A program made the translations under genes and the position numbers. Shown in pieces: positions 28,697 to 38,507 of a DNA stretch of 64,000 nucleotides (its first letter is position 1; the number at the start of each line of letters is the position of its first letter). Origin of the DNA: Pseudomonadota bacterium (GTDB lineage Bacteria; Pseudomonadota; Alphaproteobacteria; Caulobacterales; Caulobacteraceae); NCBI GenBank assembly GCA_046046615.1, contig JBJOJL010000003.1, forward strand, positions 24,173-88,172, given 5' to 3'. The notes under the pieces were generated by a model that saw only the letters and a program-made list of their open reading frames with translations, had not been told where the DNA came from and searched no databases.

Positions 28697-30796
28697 GTGA
28701 CCGACACCACATTCGCCGGGCCAGGGCCGCAGAAGATCACCGCGGCCCTTGTCATACGCTGGCTCGCCCGGGGCGAGGTGGCGCTGGCGCTCGGCGTGGT
28801 CTCGGTCCTCGTCCTGCTGATCCTGCCGGTCCCGGCCTTCCTGCTGGACGCCCTGCTCTCGATCTCGCTGGCCTCGTCCATCCTGATCCTGATGACGTCG
28901 CTGTTCATCAAGAAGCCGCTGGACTTCACGGCCTTCCCGACCGTCCTCCTCGTCACCACCCTCTTCCGCCTGGCCCTGAATGTGGCGTCCACGCGGCTGA
29001 TCCTGTCCCACGGGCACGAGGGCGTGCACGGGGCGGGACAGGTGATCGAGTCCTTCGGCCGACTGATGACCGGCGGCAATTTCACCATCGGCATCATCGT
29101 CTTCGCCATCCTGGTGATCGTGAACTTCGTCGTCATCACCAAGGGCTCCGGCCGGATCGCGGAGGTCGCCGCCCGCTTCACCCTCGACTCCCTGCCCGGC
29201 AAGCAGATGGCCATCGACGCCGACCTCTCGGCCGGCCTGATCGACCAAGAAGAGTCACGCCGCCGCCGCAAGGAGCTGGAGCAGGAATCGACCTTCTTCG
29301 GCTCCATGGACGGCGCCTCGAAGTTCGTCCGCGGAGACGCGATCGCAGGCCTGATCATCGTCGCCATCAACATCATTGGCGGGATCCTGATCGGAACCTT
29401 CCAGCACGGCCTGCCGCTTGGCCAGGCCGCCGCCTCCTACACCCTGATGACGATCGGCGACGGCCTGGTCACCCAGATTCCCGCCCTCATCATCTCGATC
29501 GCCGCCGGCTTCCTCGTCTCCAATGCCGGCGTCGACGGCGCCACTGACCAGGCCCTGGTGACCCAGCTGGCCATGAACCCGATCAGCCTCGGCATGGTGT
29601 CGGCGGCGTCAGGGGTCATCGCCCTGATCCCGGGGATGCCGGTCCTGCCCTTCGCCGCCCTCTCCATCGGCGCAGGGATGCTGGCGTGGCGAAGGTCTTC
29701 AAACGCCAGGCTGGCCGAAGTCCTGGGGGTCGAGGACCTCACGGCCCCCGCACAGGACGTCGAGGAGCCGATCAGCCAGACCCTGGCGATCGACGAGATC
29801 AAGATCGAGCTCGGCTACGGGCTGCTGCCCCTCATCAACGATCTGGACGGCCGCCGCCTGACCGACCAGATCAAGGCCCTGCGCAAGACGCTGGCGGCGG
29901 AGTACGGCTTCGTGATGCCGCCCGTCCGGATCCTGGACAACATGCGCCTGCCCTCCCAAGGCTATCTCATCCGGATCAAGGAGCTTGAGGCCGGGACCGG
30001 CGAGGTCCGCCTCGGGGCCCTCATGGCCATGGACCCGCGCGGCGGCCAGGTCGAACTGCCGGGCGAGCACATGCGCGAGCCCGCCTTCGGCCTGCCGGCG
30101 ACCTGGATCGAGGAGGGCCTGCGGGAAGAGGCGACCTTCCGCGGCTACACCGTGGTGGACCCGTCGACCGTCCTGACGACGCACCTGACGGAAATCCTGA
30201 AGGAGAACATGCCGGACCTGCTCTCGTACGCCGAGGTGCAGAAGCTCCTTCGCGACCTGCCGGCCGAGCAGAAGAAGCTGGTGGACGACATCGTTCCCTC
30301 GGTTGTCTCGGTGACCACCATCCAGCGGGTCCTCCAGGCCTTGCTGCGCGAGCGCGTCTCGATCCGCGACCTGCCCGCCATCCTCGAAGGCCTGAGCGAG
30401 GCCGCGCCACACAGCGCGTCGCTGACCAGCCTGGTCGAGCAGGTGCGCGCCCGGCTCTCCCGGCAGCTGTCCTTCGCCTTCCGGGGCGACGACGGGGCCC
30501 TGCCGATCATCACCCTCTCGCCGGAATGGGAGATGGCCTTTGCTGAGTCGCTGATCGGCTCAGGGGAAGAGCGCCAACTCTCCATGGCCCCGTCCCGGCT
30601 CCAGGAATTCATCCGATCCGTCAGCGACGCGTTCGAACGCGCGGCGCAGGTCGGGGACTCGCCGGTGCTCCTGACAAGTCCCGGCATCCGGCCCTATGTC
30701 CGCTCCCTGGTCGAGCGCTTCCGGGGCCAGACCCCGGTGATGAGCCAGAACGAAGTCCACCCCAGGGCCCGCCTCAAGACCGTGGGCACGATCTGA
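28697..30796 (+). CDS. flhA: Flagellar export gate protein FlhA
   Basis: FPTVLL, RIAEVAARFTLD, PGKQMAIDADL and FFGSMDGASKFVRGDA motifs. Confidence 0.96.
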   Translation: MTDTTFAGPGPQKITAALVIRWLARGEVALALGVVSVLVLLILPVPAFLLDALLSISLASSILILMTSLFIKKPLDFTAFPTVLLVTTLFRLALNVASTRLILSHGHEGVHGAGQVIESFGRLMTGGNFTIGIIVFAILVIVNFVVITKGSGRIAEVAARFTLDSLPGKQMAIDADLSAGLIDQEESRRRRKELEQESTFFGSMDGASKFVRGDAIAGLIIVAINIIGGILIGTFQHGLPLGQAAASYTLMTIGDGLVTQIPALIISIAAGFLVSNAGVDGATDQALVTQLAMNPISLGMVSAASGVIALIPGMPVLPFAALSIGAGMLAWRRSSNARLAEVLGVEDLTAPAQDVEEPISQTLAIDEIKIELGYGLLPLINDLDGRRLTDQIKALRKTLAAEYGFVMPPVRILDNMRLPSQGYLIRIKELEAGTGEVRLGALMAMDPRGGQVELPGEHMREPAFGLPATWIEEGLREEATFRGYTVVDPSTVLTTHLTEILKENMPDLLSYAEVQKLLRDLPAEQKKLVDDIVPSVVSVTTIQRVLQALLRERVSIRDLPAILEGLSEAAPHSASLTSLVEQVRARLSRQLSFAFRGDDGALPIITLSPEWEMAFAESLIGSGEERQLSMAPSRLQEFIRSVSDAFERAAQVGDSPVLLTSPGIRPYVRSLVERFRGQTPVMSQNEVHPRARLKTVGTI

Positions 30797-30896
30797 TGGG
30801 ACTCCGGGCGACCCCAGGCGCCGTGTTGCAGGCCTCGAGCGGGACTGCTAGCGAGAACCGGCTCCGGACCGGCGGCGCCCCGAACATGGAAATCTG

Positions 30897-31268
30897 ATGT
30901 TTGACCTGAAACCGAACAGCCGGCCGGCGAAGTTCACGCCCGACATGCTCTGGGAACTGATGTCCTTCGAGACCCTGATGACCCGCCAGGTCATCCACCT
31001 GATCTATTGGTCGGGCCTGGGCATCACCGCCCTGGTGGGCTTCGGCTTCATCGGGACCGCCGTCGGGGTGGCGATTCGCGAGCAGTCTCCGTTCGGCTTT
31101 CTCCTCGCGATCGGGGTCCTGGTCGGCGGGGCCCTGGTGATCGGGATTCTCGCCCTGCTCTGGCGGGCCTTCTGCGAGCTTTATGTGGCCCTCTTCCGCC
31201 TCAGCGACGACATCCACGCGCTTCGCAAGGCGAATGACCCGGACCTGGACGCCGCAGCGGGCGGCTGA
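30897..31268 (+). CDS. DUF4282 family small membrane protein
   Basis: SFETLMTRQVIHLIYW, two TM helices and RAFCELYVALFR match the family pattern. Confidence 0.7.
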   Translation: MFDLKPNSRPAKFTPDMLWELMSFETLMTRQVIHLIYWSGLGITALVGFGFIGTAVGVAIREQSPFGFLLAIGVLVGGALVIGILALLWRAFCELYVALFRLSDDIHALRKANDPDLDAAAGG

Positions 31269-31277
31269 AGCCCCGGG

Positions 31278-31703
31278 TCAGGGGTTCCCGGAGGCGGCCC
31301 TTCCCGCCTGTCGCACACCCAGTTCATCCAGCTCGGCCGTCTCGCGGCGGGCCGCCTCGCGCACCCGGCGCCGGGCCATGCCGTCGGCCACGTGCTCGTA
31401 CTTCTTCTGGGCCTCGAAGGCCTCGGCCAGGGCGTCCCGCGCCCCGGACTCCTCGGAGAGGATGAGGTCGATCTCGGCCAGGATGTCCAGGCGCCTGGCC
31501 TTGGACCCGGCCATGTAGGCCGCCTGGTGAAAACCCGCCTCAGGCCGGCTTCGGATGAAGGCCACCTCGGCCTCCATCTCCGCGTCCAGCATGACGAGAC
31601 GCATCTCGGCCGCCTCCCGGCGGGAGACGACCTCGGCGAGCCGCTTCTGCCGGACCTCGACATCGTAGCCGGCGATCCGGATCAGGCTCTTCTCCCAGCT
31701 CAA
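31278..31703 (-). CDS. fliJ: Flagellar export protein FliJ
   Basis: Coiled-coil protein overlapping the fliI stop, with EKSLIRI N-terminus and ETAELDE C-terminus. Confidence 0.8.
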   Translation of the reverse strand: MSWEKSLIRIAGYDVEVRQKRLAEVVSRREAAEMRLVMLDAEMEAEVAFIRSRPEAGFHQAAYMAGSKARRLDILAEIDLILSEESGARDALAEAFEAQKKYEHVADGMARRRVREAARRETAELDELGVRQAGRAASGNP

Positions 31704-33037
31704 GGCGCACCTCCGGCGAGGATGGCCTCAAGCCGCGAGAAGGACTCGGGCAAAGAGGACACTTCATCCTTGTCCTGGCCCAGGAAGGCCTCGAGGGCGG
31801 GGTTGAGGGCGATGGACCGGTCCACGAGGGGATCGGAACCGGCCCGGTAGGCGCCGATCCGGATCAGTTCCTCCATGTTGGCGTAGGCCGACAGGACCTG
31901 GCGGGCGTCGCGGACGATCTCCCGCTCACGGGCGTCCTGGCACCCGGGCATGGTCCGGCTGATGGACTTGAGAACGTTGATGGCCGGGAACCGGCCCCGC
32001 TCGGCGATGGCCCGCTCCATGACGATGTGGCCGTCGAGAATGCCGCGCACCGCATCGGCGATGGGCTCGTTGTGGTCGTCCCCGTCGACCAGGACGGTGA
32101 AGAGACCGGTGATCGGGCCCGCCCGGGCGCCATCCGGCCGGATGGGCCCAGGACCAGCCCGCTCCAGGAGCTTCGGAAGTTCGGTGAAGACCGTGGGCGT
32201 GTAGCCCTTGGTCGTCGGCGGCTCCCCGGCGGCCAGGCCGATCTCGCGCTGGGCCATGGCGAAGCGGGTGACGGAGTCCATGAGGCAGAGGACCTCCAGG
32301 TCCTGGTCACGCATGAATTCGGCGATGGCCAGGGTCATGTAGGCCGCCTGTCGGCGCTTCAGGGCGGGCTCGTCCGAGGTCGCCACCACCACGACGGCCC
32401 GCTTCAGGCCCTCTTCCCCCAGGGTTTCCTCGATGAACTCACGGACCTCGCGGCCCCGCTCGCCGATCAGCCCGACGACGACGGCGTCGCACTCCGACTG
32501 GCGGGCCAGCATGGACAGGAGGACGGACTTGCCGACCCCGGACCCGGCGAACACCCCCAGCCGCTGGCCGCGGCAGCAGGTGGTGAAGACGTTCATGGAC
32601 CGGACGCCCAGGTCCAGCCGGGCGCCGACGCGGTCGCGGGCGTGGGCCGGCGGCGGCGAGGCGCGCAGGGGATAGGCGGCCAGGCCCTGCGGAAGGGGAC
32701 CCTTACCGTCGATGGGCTCGCCGAAGGCGTCGACGATCCGCCCAAGCCAGGCCGTGGTCGGCCGGACGGCGAAGCCCTGGGTTTCGATATGGATGGCCGC
32801 GCCGGGCGCCACGCCCTCGACAGGTCCGAAGGGCATCAGGAGGGCCCGGGATTCCCGGAAGCCGACCACCTCAGCCGGCAGGGGCGGCGCCCCCCGGCGC
32901 TGGATTTCCGCGCGGGCGCCGACGGCCAGGCGGGTCATGCCGCCGCGGGCCTCGATGAGAAGCCCGGACACGGCCGCGACCCGCCCGGTGACCACCAGCG
33001 GATCCAGCTTTTCGACCGCATCGACAAGGTTCTGCAA
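31700..33037 (-). CDS. fliI: Flagellum-specific ATPase FliI
   Basis: [31 protein letters not shown] and [12 protein letters not shown] motifs. Confidence 0.96.
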   Translation of the reverse strand: MQNLVDAVEKLDPLVVTGRVAAVSGLLIEARGGMTRLAVGARAEIQRRGAPPLPAEVVGFRESRALLMPFGPVEGVAPGAAIHIETQGFAVRPTTAWLGRIVDAFGEPIDGKGPLPQGLAAYPLRASPPPAHARDRVGARLDLGVRSMNVFTTCCRGQRLGVFAGSGVGKSVLLSMLARQSECDAVVVGLIGERGREVREFIEETLGEEGLKRAVVVVATSDEPALKRRQAAYMTLAIAEFMRDQDLEVLCLMDSVTRFAMAQREIGLAAGEPPTTKGYTPTVFTELPKLLERAGPGPIRPDGARAGPITGLFTVLVDGDDHNEPIADAVRGILDGHIVMERAIAERGRFPAINVLKSISRTMPGCQDAREREIVRDARQVLSAYANMEELIRIGAYRAGSDPLVDRSIALNPALEAFLGQDKDEVSSLPESFSRLEAILAGGAP

Positions 33038-33087
33038 GACGCGGGCTCCGGGCGCGACTCAGGTCGCCCAGACTGTGTCCTACAGGC

Positions 33088-33102
33088 TTAACCAGCTGTG
33101 AA
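33088..33102 (-). promoter_or_regulatory. CtrA-binding site upstream of fliI
   Basis: TTAA-CCAGCTG-TGAA, one mismatch from TTAA-N7-TTAA, about 50 nt upstream of the fliI start. Confidence 0.65.
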
Positions 33103-33106
33103 GGGG

Positions 33107-33400
33107 TCAGGCCCGCGGAGACGCCCTGGGGCTGTCGACACACTGCAGGAGCTTGCCCAGGACCAGTCCGGCGGCGACGCCCAAAAGCAGGGTCGCGCCA
33201 AGGCTGCGCGCCGGACGCAGGCGTACTTCATCGGACAGGCTGAAGGGCTGGGGCGGCAGGGCCTCAAGCGGCGCGGACAAATCCGCCTCCGCCCAGCTGT
33301 CCTGCTGGGTCAGGCCGGCTCCGGCCTCCGCGAGGCCGGAAGGACCGGGATCGGCGTCCAGATCCGGGGACATCCAGGAAACTCCCTCAGGCCGGCCCAT
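33107..33400 (-). CDS. Hypothetical protein with an acidic disordered N-terminus and a C-terminal ElaB/YqjD-like membrane anchor
   Basis: High third-position GC in this frame and a hydrophobic tail RSLGATLLLGVAAGLVLGKLL. Start uncertain (33484, 33400 or 33373). Confidence 0.5.
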   Translation of the reverse strand: MGRPEGVSWMSPDLDADPGPSGLAEAGAGLTQQDSWAEADLSAPLEALPPQPFSLSDEVRLRPARSLGATLLLGVAAGLVLGKLLQCVDSPRASPRA

Positions 33401-33488
33401 CGCCGGACGCTCCGAATATGGGTCCCCTTCCCGCCCGCGCCAGTCCGTATGCGCCACAGGCGTTCGATCCGCCTGTCCAATCACGAAA

Positions 33489-33644
33489 GATTCATCCGCC
33501 CTAATTCGGCCGTCGTCCGACGGGGGCTTGCCGCTGATTCGCGAACCGGGTTAACGATATTCACAGCAAGGTTACCGATGTTAACCTTTCTTAAATTAAC
33601 CCTCTGGCAGGGTGATTTTGCCGGGGCGCGTCGCGAAGCGAATC
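33489..33644 (+). promoter_or_regulatory. ctrA promoter region with CtrA half-sites and CcrM GANTC sites
   Basis: TTAA(C) at 33551, 33581, 33591 and 33596 (TTAA-CCTTTCT-TAAA spans 33581-33595). GANTC at 33489, 33536 and 33640. AT-rich relative to flanks. Confidence 0.75.
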
Positions 33645-33675
33645 AGCGCCCGGCCAGAGGGGCAAGGAGGCGAGT

Positions 33676-34371
<696 letters not shown>

Positions 34372-34394
34372 TCACCGGCTCCCGGAAGATCGAC

Positions 34395-34428
34395 GAGCGC
34401 CCGCCCGCAAGGCGGGCGTTCTTGTTTC
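34395..34428 (+). terminator. Intrinsic terminator after ctrA
   Basis: CGCCCGCC-CGCAA-GGCGGGCG followed by TTCTTGTTT. Confidence 0.75.
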
Positions 34429-34474
34429 CGGTCGGCGCCGCGATAAGCTCGGGGACAGGTCCGGGGGGAATGAC

Positions 34475-36886
34475 ATGAAGATCAACAGGCTCGCCGCCCT
34501 CGGCGCAACCCTCGCCCTGGCCCTGGTCCTGGCCATGCTGGCGGGGCGCCCGCCCTCACCCCTGCCCGCGACCGCCCCGCCCGAAGTGTTCTCGGCGGGA
34601 CGGGCGCTGACGGACGTCGCCGTCATCGCCCGGGAGTCCCACCCCACCGGGTCGGCCGAGAACGCCCGGGCGCGCGACTACATCCTCGCCCGCATGACCG
34701 CCCTGGGACTATCGCCCCAGGTCCAGGCCGATTTCAGTCTCCGCCGGGTCGCAAGGGTGCAGCAGCCCGTCTTCCTCGGAGGCCGGATCGAGAACATCGT
34801 CGGCGTCCTTCCCGGACGCGACCGCTCGGCGCCCGCCCTCGCCCTGATGGCTCATTATGACAGCGTGCCGGGTTCACCGGGCGCGGCCGATGATGCGGCG
34901 GGCGTCGCCGCCGCCCTGGAAGTGGCCCGGATCCTCAAGGCGCGGGGAACGCCCGCGCGGGACGTCATCTTCCTGGTCACCGATGGCGAGGAGGCCGGCC
35001 TCCTGGGGGCCGAGGCCTTCTTCGACCGCCACCCGCTTGCGGGCCGGATCGGGTTCCTGGTCAACATGGAGGCCAGGGGAGGCGGCGGCCTCGTCCAGAT
35101 GTTCCAGACGGGCGCCCGAAACGCCGGGACCATCGACCTCCTCCAGCGGACCGCCAGCCAGCCGTCGGCCTCCTCCCTCTCGGTCCTGCTCTATTCGGCC
35201 ATGCCGAACGACACCGACTTCACGGTTTCCAGGGCCGCTCGGGTCGACGGCCTGAACTTCGCCTTCATCGGCCGGCAGTTCGACTACCATGCCGCCACGT
35301 CCACCCCCGCCAACCTGGACAAGGGCAGCCTCCAGCACATGGGAGACCAGGTCACGGCGGTCGCGCTGGACCTCTCCCAGTCCCCCACCCTGCCCGGACG
35401 GGGACCCGACAAGGTCTTCTCCCACGTCTTCGGGAGCCTGGTGATCGCCTATCCCGCCGCCGTGGGGTGGCTGGTCCTGGCCGCCTGCGCCGGTCTCCTC
35501 GCCCTCTCCGTCCGGAACGCCCGGCGCAGCGGAGCCCTCGACGCCCCCGGCGTGGTCCGCGGGGTGGGCGCCGCCATCTACCTCCTGCTTCTCTCGGGCG
35601 CCCTCCTGCACCTCGCCCGCCGGGTGGCCGCCGAAGGGGCGGGCTTCCTCGAGCAGAGATCGCTGCTGGCCCGGGTGACGACCTGGGAGACGGCCCTCCT
35701 GCTCATCAGCCTGGCGGCGCTGATGCTGGCGCCGCGGTTCACGGCCCGGGGCCGGAGCCGGCTGCAGGCCGGGGCCCTGGCCCTCGCCGCCGGCGCCGCA
35801 GCCCTCCCGTTCGGATGGGACCTGGCGGCCGTCGCCCTGGGCGTCGCCGCCGCCGTGGCCGGCGTCATGACGTTTGGTCCGCCCGTCCGGGTGGCCCCCG
35901 CCTGGACCGGGGTCCTGCTCACCGGCCTGGCGGCCGCCCTCGCCCTCCAGGTCCTGGCCCCGGCCGCCGCCTTCCTGGTCGCCTGGCCCCTGCTGGCGGC
36001 CTGTCTCCTGGCAGTCCTGACCTCGCTGGGGGCGACGGGGCGTTCGTGGATCGCGCCCCTTGCAGGCCTCCTGGTCGCCACCCCCGTGACGGCCTGGATC
36101 CTGGGATACGCCCATGGCGTCTTCCTCGGACTGGACCTTCCCGCCCTTCTGACCCTCTTCGCCTGGCTGGCCGCCCTCTGCCTCTGGCCCCTCCTCCACG
36201 GCGGAGGGGACCCCGGAAGGGCGGACGCCCGGGTCGGGCTCCTCGCGGCGGGCTCCCTGGTCGCCGGCCTGGCCCTCGCCGTCTTCCTCCGGATGACCCC
36301 GGCCTGGAGCGAGCGGCATCCCGAAGCCACGGTGGTCCAGCACCTGCAGGACGCGGGAGCGGCCGGCGCCCTGCTGATCTCGACCGAACCGCACCTGTCG
36401 AAGTGGACGGCGGCGGTCCTGGCCCGTGACGGCGGACGGCCCTCCCGGACCACCGATGAACTGGTCGCGCGCAGGGATTTCTGGGCGGCCCCCGCCCGTC
36501 CGGCGCCCCTGAAGGGCGCGGAGGGGACCCTGTCCGCCCTGGAGGGCGAGCGCCAGCGGCTGGTCATCCGGTCGCCCGCCGGGGCCGCCGGCCTCAGCCT
36601 GGACCTGCGCAGCAACACCCTCGCCACTTCGGTGACGGTCAACGGGCGTCCGGCCAGCCTCCTGGCCGCCCCGGGGGTCTGGAACCGGATCCGCCTGCAG
36701 GCGCCGCCGGAGACCCTTGTCATTGAGTTCCAGCCGGCGGGGCCCGGCGCCCTGGAGGTCCGCTCCCTGTCAAGGCAGGGGTGGCCCGCCGCGCTCACCC
36801 CCCTGCCCCCCCGCAGCCCCCGGCAGATGGCGTTTGGCGACAGCGACACCGCCCTGGTCAGGGCGGGCGCAACCTACAAGTGGTGA
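34475..36886 (+). CDS. M28 family metallopeptidase with a multi-pass membrane domain (ERMP1/Pff1-like architecture)
   Basis: MAHYDSV, GAADDAAG, DGEEAG, NMEARG, DTDF and DYHAATS motifs, followed by about 9 TM helices. Confidence 0.85.
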   Translation: MKINRLAALGATLALALVLAMLAGRPPSPLPATAPPEVFSAGRALTDVAVIARESHPTGSAENARARDYILARMTALGLSPQVQADFSLRRVARVQQPVFLGGRIENIVGVLPGRDRSAPALALMAHYDSVPGSPGAADDAAGVAAALEVARILKARGTPARDVIFLVTDGEEAGLLGAEAFFDRHPLAGRIGFLVNMEARGGGGLVQMFQTGARNAGTIDLLQRTASQPSASSLSVLLYSAMPNDTDFTVSRAARVDGLNFAFIGRQFDYHAATSTPANLDKGSLQHMGDQVTAVALDLSQSPTLPGRGPDKVFSHVFGSLVIAYPAAVGWLVLAACAGLLALSVRNARRSGALDAPGVVRGVGAAIYLLLLSGALLHLARRVAAEGAGFLEQRSLLARVTTWETALLLISLAALMLAPRFTARGRSRLQAGALALAAGAAALPFGWDLAAVALGVAAAVAGVMTFGPPVRVAPAWTGVLLTGLAAALALQVLAPAAAFLVAWPLLAACLLAVLTSLGATGRSWIAPLAGLLVATPVTAWILGYAHGVFLGLDLPALLTLFAWLAALCLWPLLHGGGDPGRADARVGLLAAGSLVAGLALAVFLRMTPAWSERHPEATVVQHLQDAGAAGALLISTEPHLSKWTAAVLARDGGRPSRTTDELVARRDFWAAPARPAPLKGAEGTLSALEGERQRLVIRSPAGAAGLSLDLRSNTLATSVTVNGRPASLLAAPGVWNRIRLQAPPETLVIEFQPAGPGALEVRSLSRQGWPAALTPLPPRSPRQMAFGDSDTALVRAGATYKW

Positions 36887-36900
36887 CGGAGGAAGCAGCC

Positions 36901-37251
36901 GTGTCCGAGGTGGTCATCTATCACAACCCCGCCTGCGGGACGTCCCGCAAAACCCTGGCCCTGCTGCGGGAAAAGGGCGTTGAGCCCCGGGTCGTGGAGT
37001 ATCTCAAGGCCGGCTGGACCGAAACCCAGCTCAAGTCCCTGGCGGCGCGCGCCGGCGTCCCCCTGCGGGCCTTCCTGCGCACCCGCGGGACTCCGGCCGA
37101 GGCGCTCGGGCTGACCGCCGCCGACGTCAGCGAAGCGGTCCTGGCCGCCGCCATGGTGCGCGAGCCCATCCTGGTCGAGCGGCCGGTGGTGGAGGGCCCG
37201 CGCGGCGTCGCCGTTTGCCGCCCCCCCGAGAAGGCCCTGGACCTCCTCTGA
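36901..37251 (+). CDS. arsC: ArsC family arsenate reductase (glutaredoxin-type)
   Basis: IYHNPACGTSR, VVEYLK, LVERPVV and CRPPE motifs. GTG start at 36901. Confidence 0.85.
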   Translation: MSEVVIYHNPACGTSRKTLALLREKGVEPRVVEYLKAGWTETQLKSLAARAGVPLRAFLRTRGTPAEALGLTAADVSEAVLAAAMVREPILVERPVVEGPRGVAVCRPPEKALDLL

Positions 37252-37262
37252 GGCCGGCCACG

Positions 37263-37292
37263 AAAAAGGGCCCCGCCTTGCGGCGAGGCCCC
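37263..37292 (-). terminator. Intrinsic terminator for the minus-strand adh gene
   Basis: AAAAA-GGGCC-CCGCC-TTGC-GGCG-A-GGCCC, between convergent arsC and adh. Confidence 0.65.
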
Positions 37293-37314
37293 CGTTTCGC
37301 TTGGTCGTTCAGGT

Positions 37315-38397
37315 TCAGTCGAAGACGATGACCGAGCGGGCGAGGCCGCCCTTCTTCATGTCGTCGAAGCCTTCGTTGACCTGGTCCAGCCGGATGCGCT
37401 GGGAGATCATCTGGTCGAGCTTGAGCTTGCCCGACATGTAGAAGTCCACCAGCCGGGGCATGTCGACCGGGAAGCGGTTGGAGCCCATCAGCGAGCCCTG
37501 GATGCGCTTTTCGCCCAGGAAGGCGGCGCCCGGCAGGGTCACGTTCTGGCCGATCGGGATCATGCCGATGATGTTGGCCGTGCCGCCCCGGCGCAGCATG
37601 TTGAAGGCCTGCTCGGCGGTCTTGGACAGGCCGATGGCCTCGAAGGCGTGATGGACGCCGCCGCGGGTCATTTCCAGGACTTCCTTCACCGCGTCGGTCG
37701 AGGAGGCGTCGATGAAGTCGGTGGCGCCGAATTCCCGGGCCAGGTTGTCCTTGCCGGCGAACATGTCGATGGCGATGATCCGGCCGGCGCCGGCGATGGC
37801 CGCGCCGTTGATGGCGGAGAGGCCCACGCCGCCGCAGCCGATGACCGCCACGGTTTCACCGGGACGCACGCCCGAGGTGTGGATGGCCGCGCCCACGCCG
37901 GTCATGACCGAGCAGCCGATCAGGGCGGCGCGGTCCAGGGGCATGTCCTTGCGGATCGAGACGCAGGCGTGCTCGTGGATCAGCATGTACTCGGCGAAGG
38001 ACGACAGGTTCAGGAACTGCGGCAGGGGCGCGCCGTTCTGGGTCAGGCGGGGCTCGTCGTCGGCGCCGCGCTTGGTCTCGGGGCTGACGCAGAGGGACAG
38101 GCGCCCAGTCAGGCAGCTCTCGCAGTGGCCGCAGTAGGCCGAGAGACAGGTGATCACGTGGTCGCCCGGCTTCACGGTGCGCACTTCGGAGCCCACGGCC
38201 TCGACGACGCCGGCGCTCTCATGGCCCAGGACCGCTGGGAGCGGATGCGGGTAGGAGCCTTCCATGAAGTGCAGGTCGGAATGGCACAGGCCGGCGGCCT
38301 TGGTGCGGACCAGGACCTCGTGCGGGCCGGGCTTGTTGATCTGGACGTCTTCGATCTGAAGCGGCTTGCCCACTTCGCGCAGAACGGCGGCCTTCAT
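37315..38397 (-). CDS. Zn-dependent alcohol dehydrogenase (class III-like MDR)
   Basis: CHSDLH, GHE, structural Zn motif CGHCESC...C and GCGGVG. Confidence 0.92.
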   Translation of the reverse strand: MKAAVLREVGKPLQIEDVQINKPGPHEVLVRTKAAGLCHSDLHFMEGSYPHPLPAVLGHESAGVVEAVGSEVRTVKPGDHVITCLSAYCGHCESCLTGRLSLCVSPETKRGADDEPRLTQNGAPLPQFLNLSSFAEYMLIHEHACVSIRKDMPLDRAALIGCSVMTGVGAAIHTSGVRPGETVAVIGCGGVGLSAINGAAIAGAGRIIAIDMFAGKDNLAREFGATDFIDASSTDAVKEVLEMTRGGVHHAFEAIGLSKTAEQAFNMLRRGGTANIIGMIPIGQNVTLPGAAFLGEKRIQGSLMGSNRFPVDMPRLVDFYMSGKLKLDQMISQRIRLDQVNEGFDDMKKGGLARSVIVFD

Positions 38398-38507
38398 GTC
38401 GGCATCTCCCCAAGTCTCGCCCCTGCGGGCGCTTTGCGACGCGCCAGCCTGCAGGGCTGGGGCCGAAAGACCTTATCGCCCTTGGGGCGGCGCGCGCCAG
38501 CCTCTTT

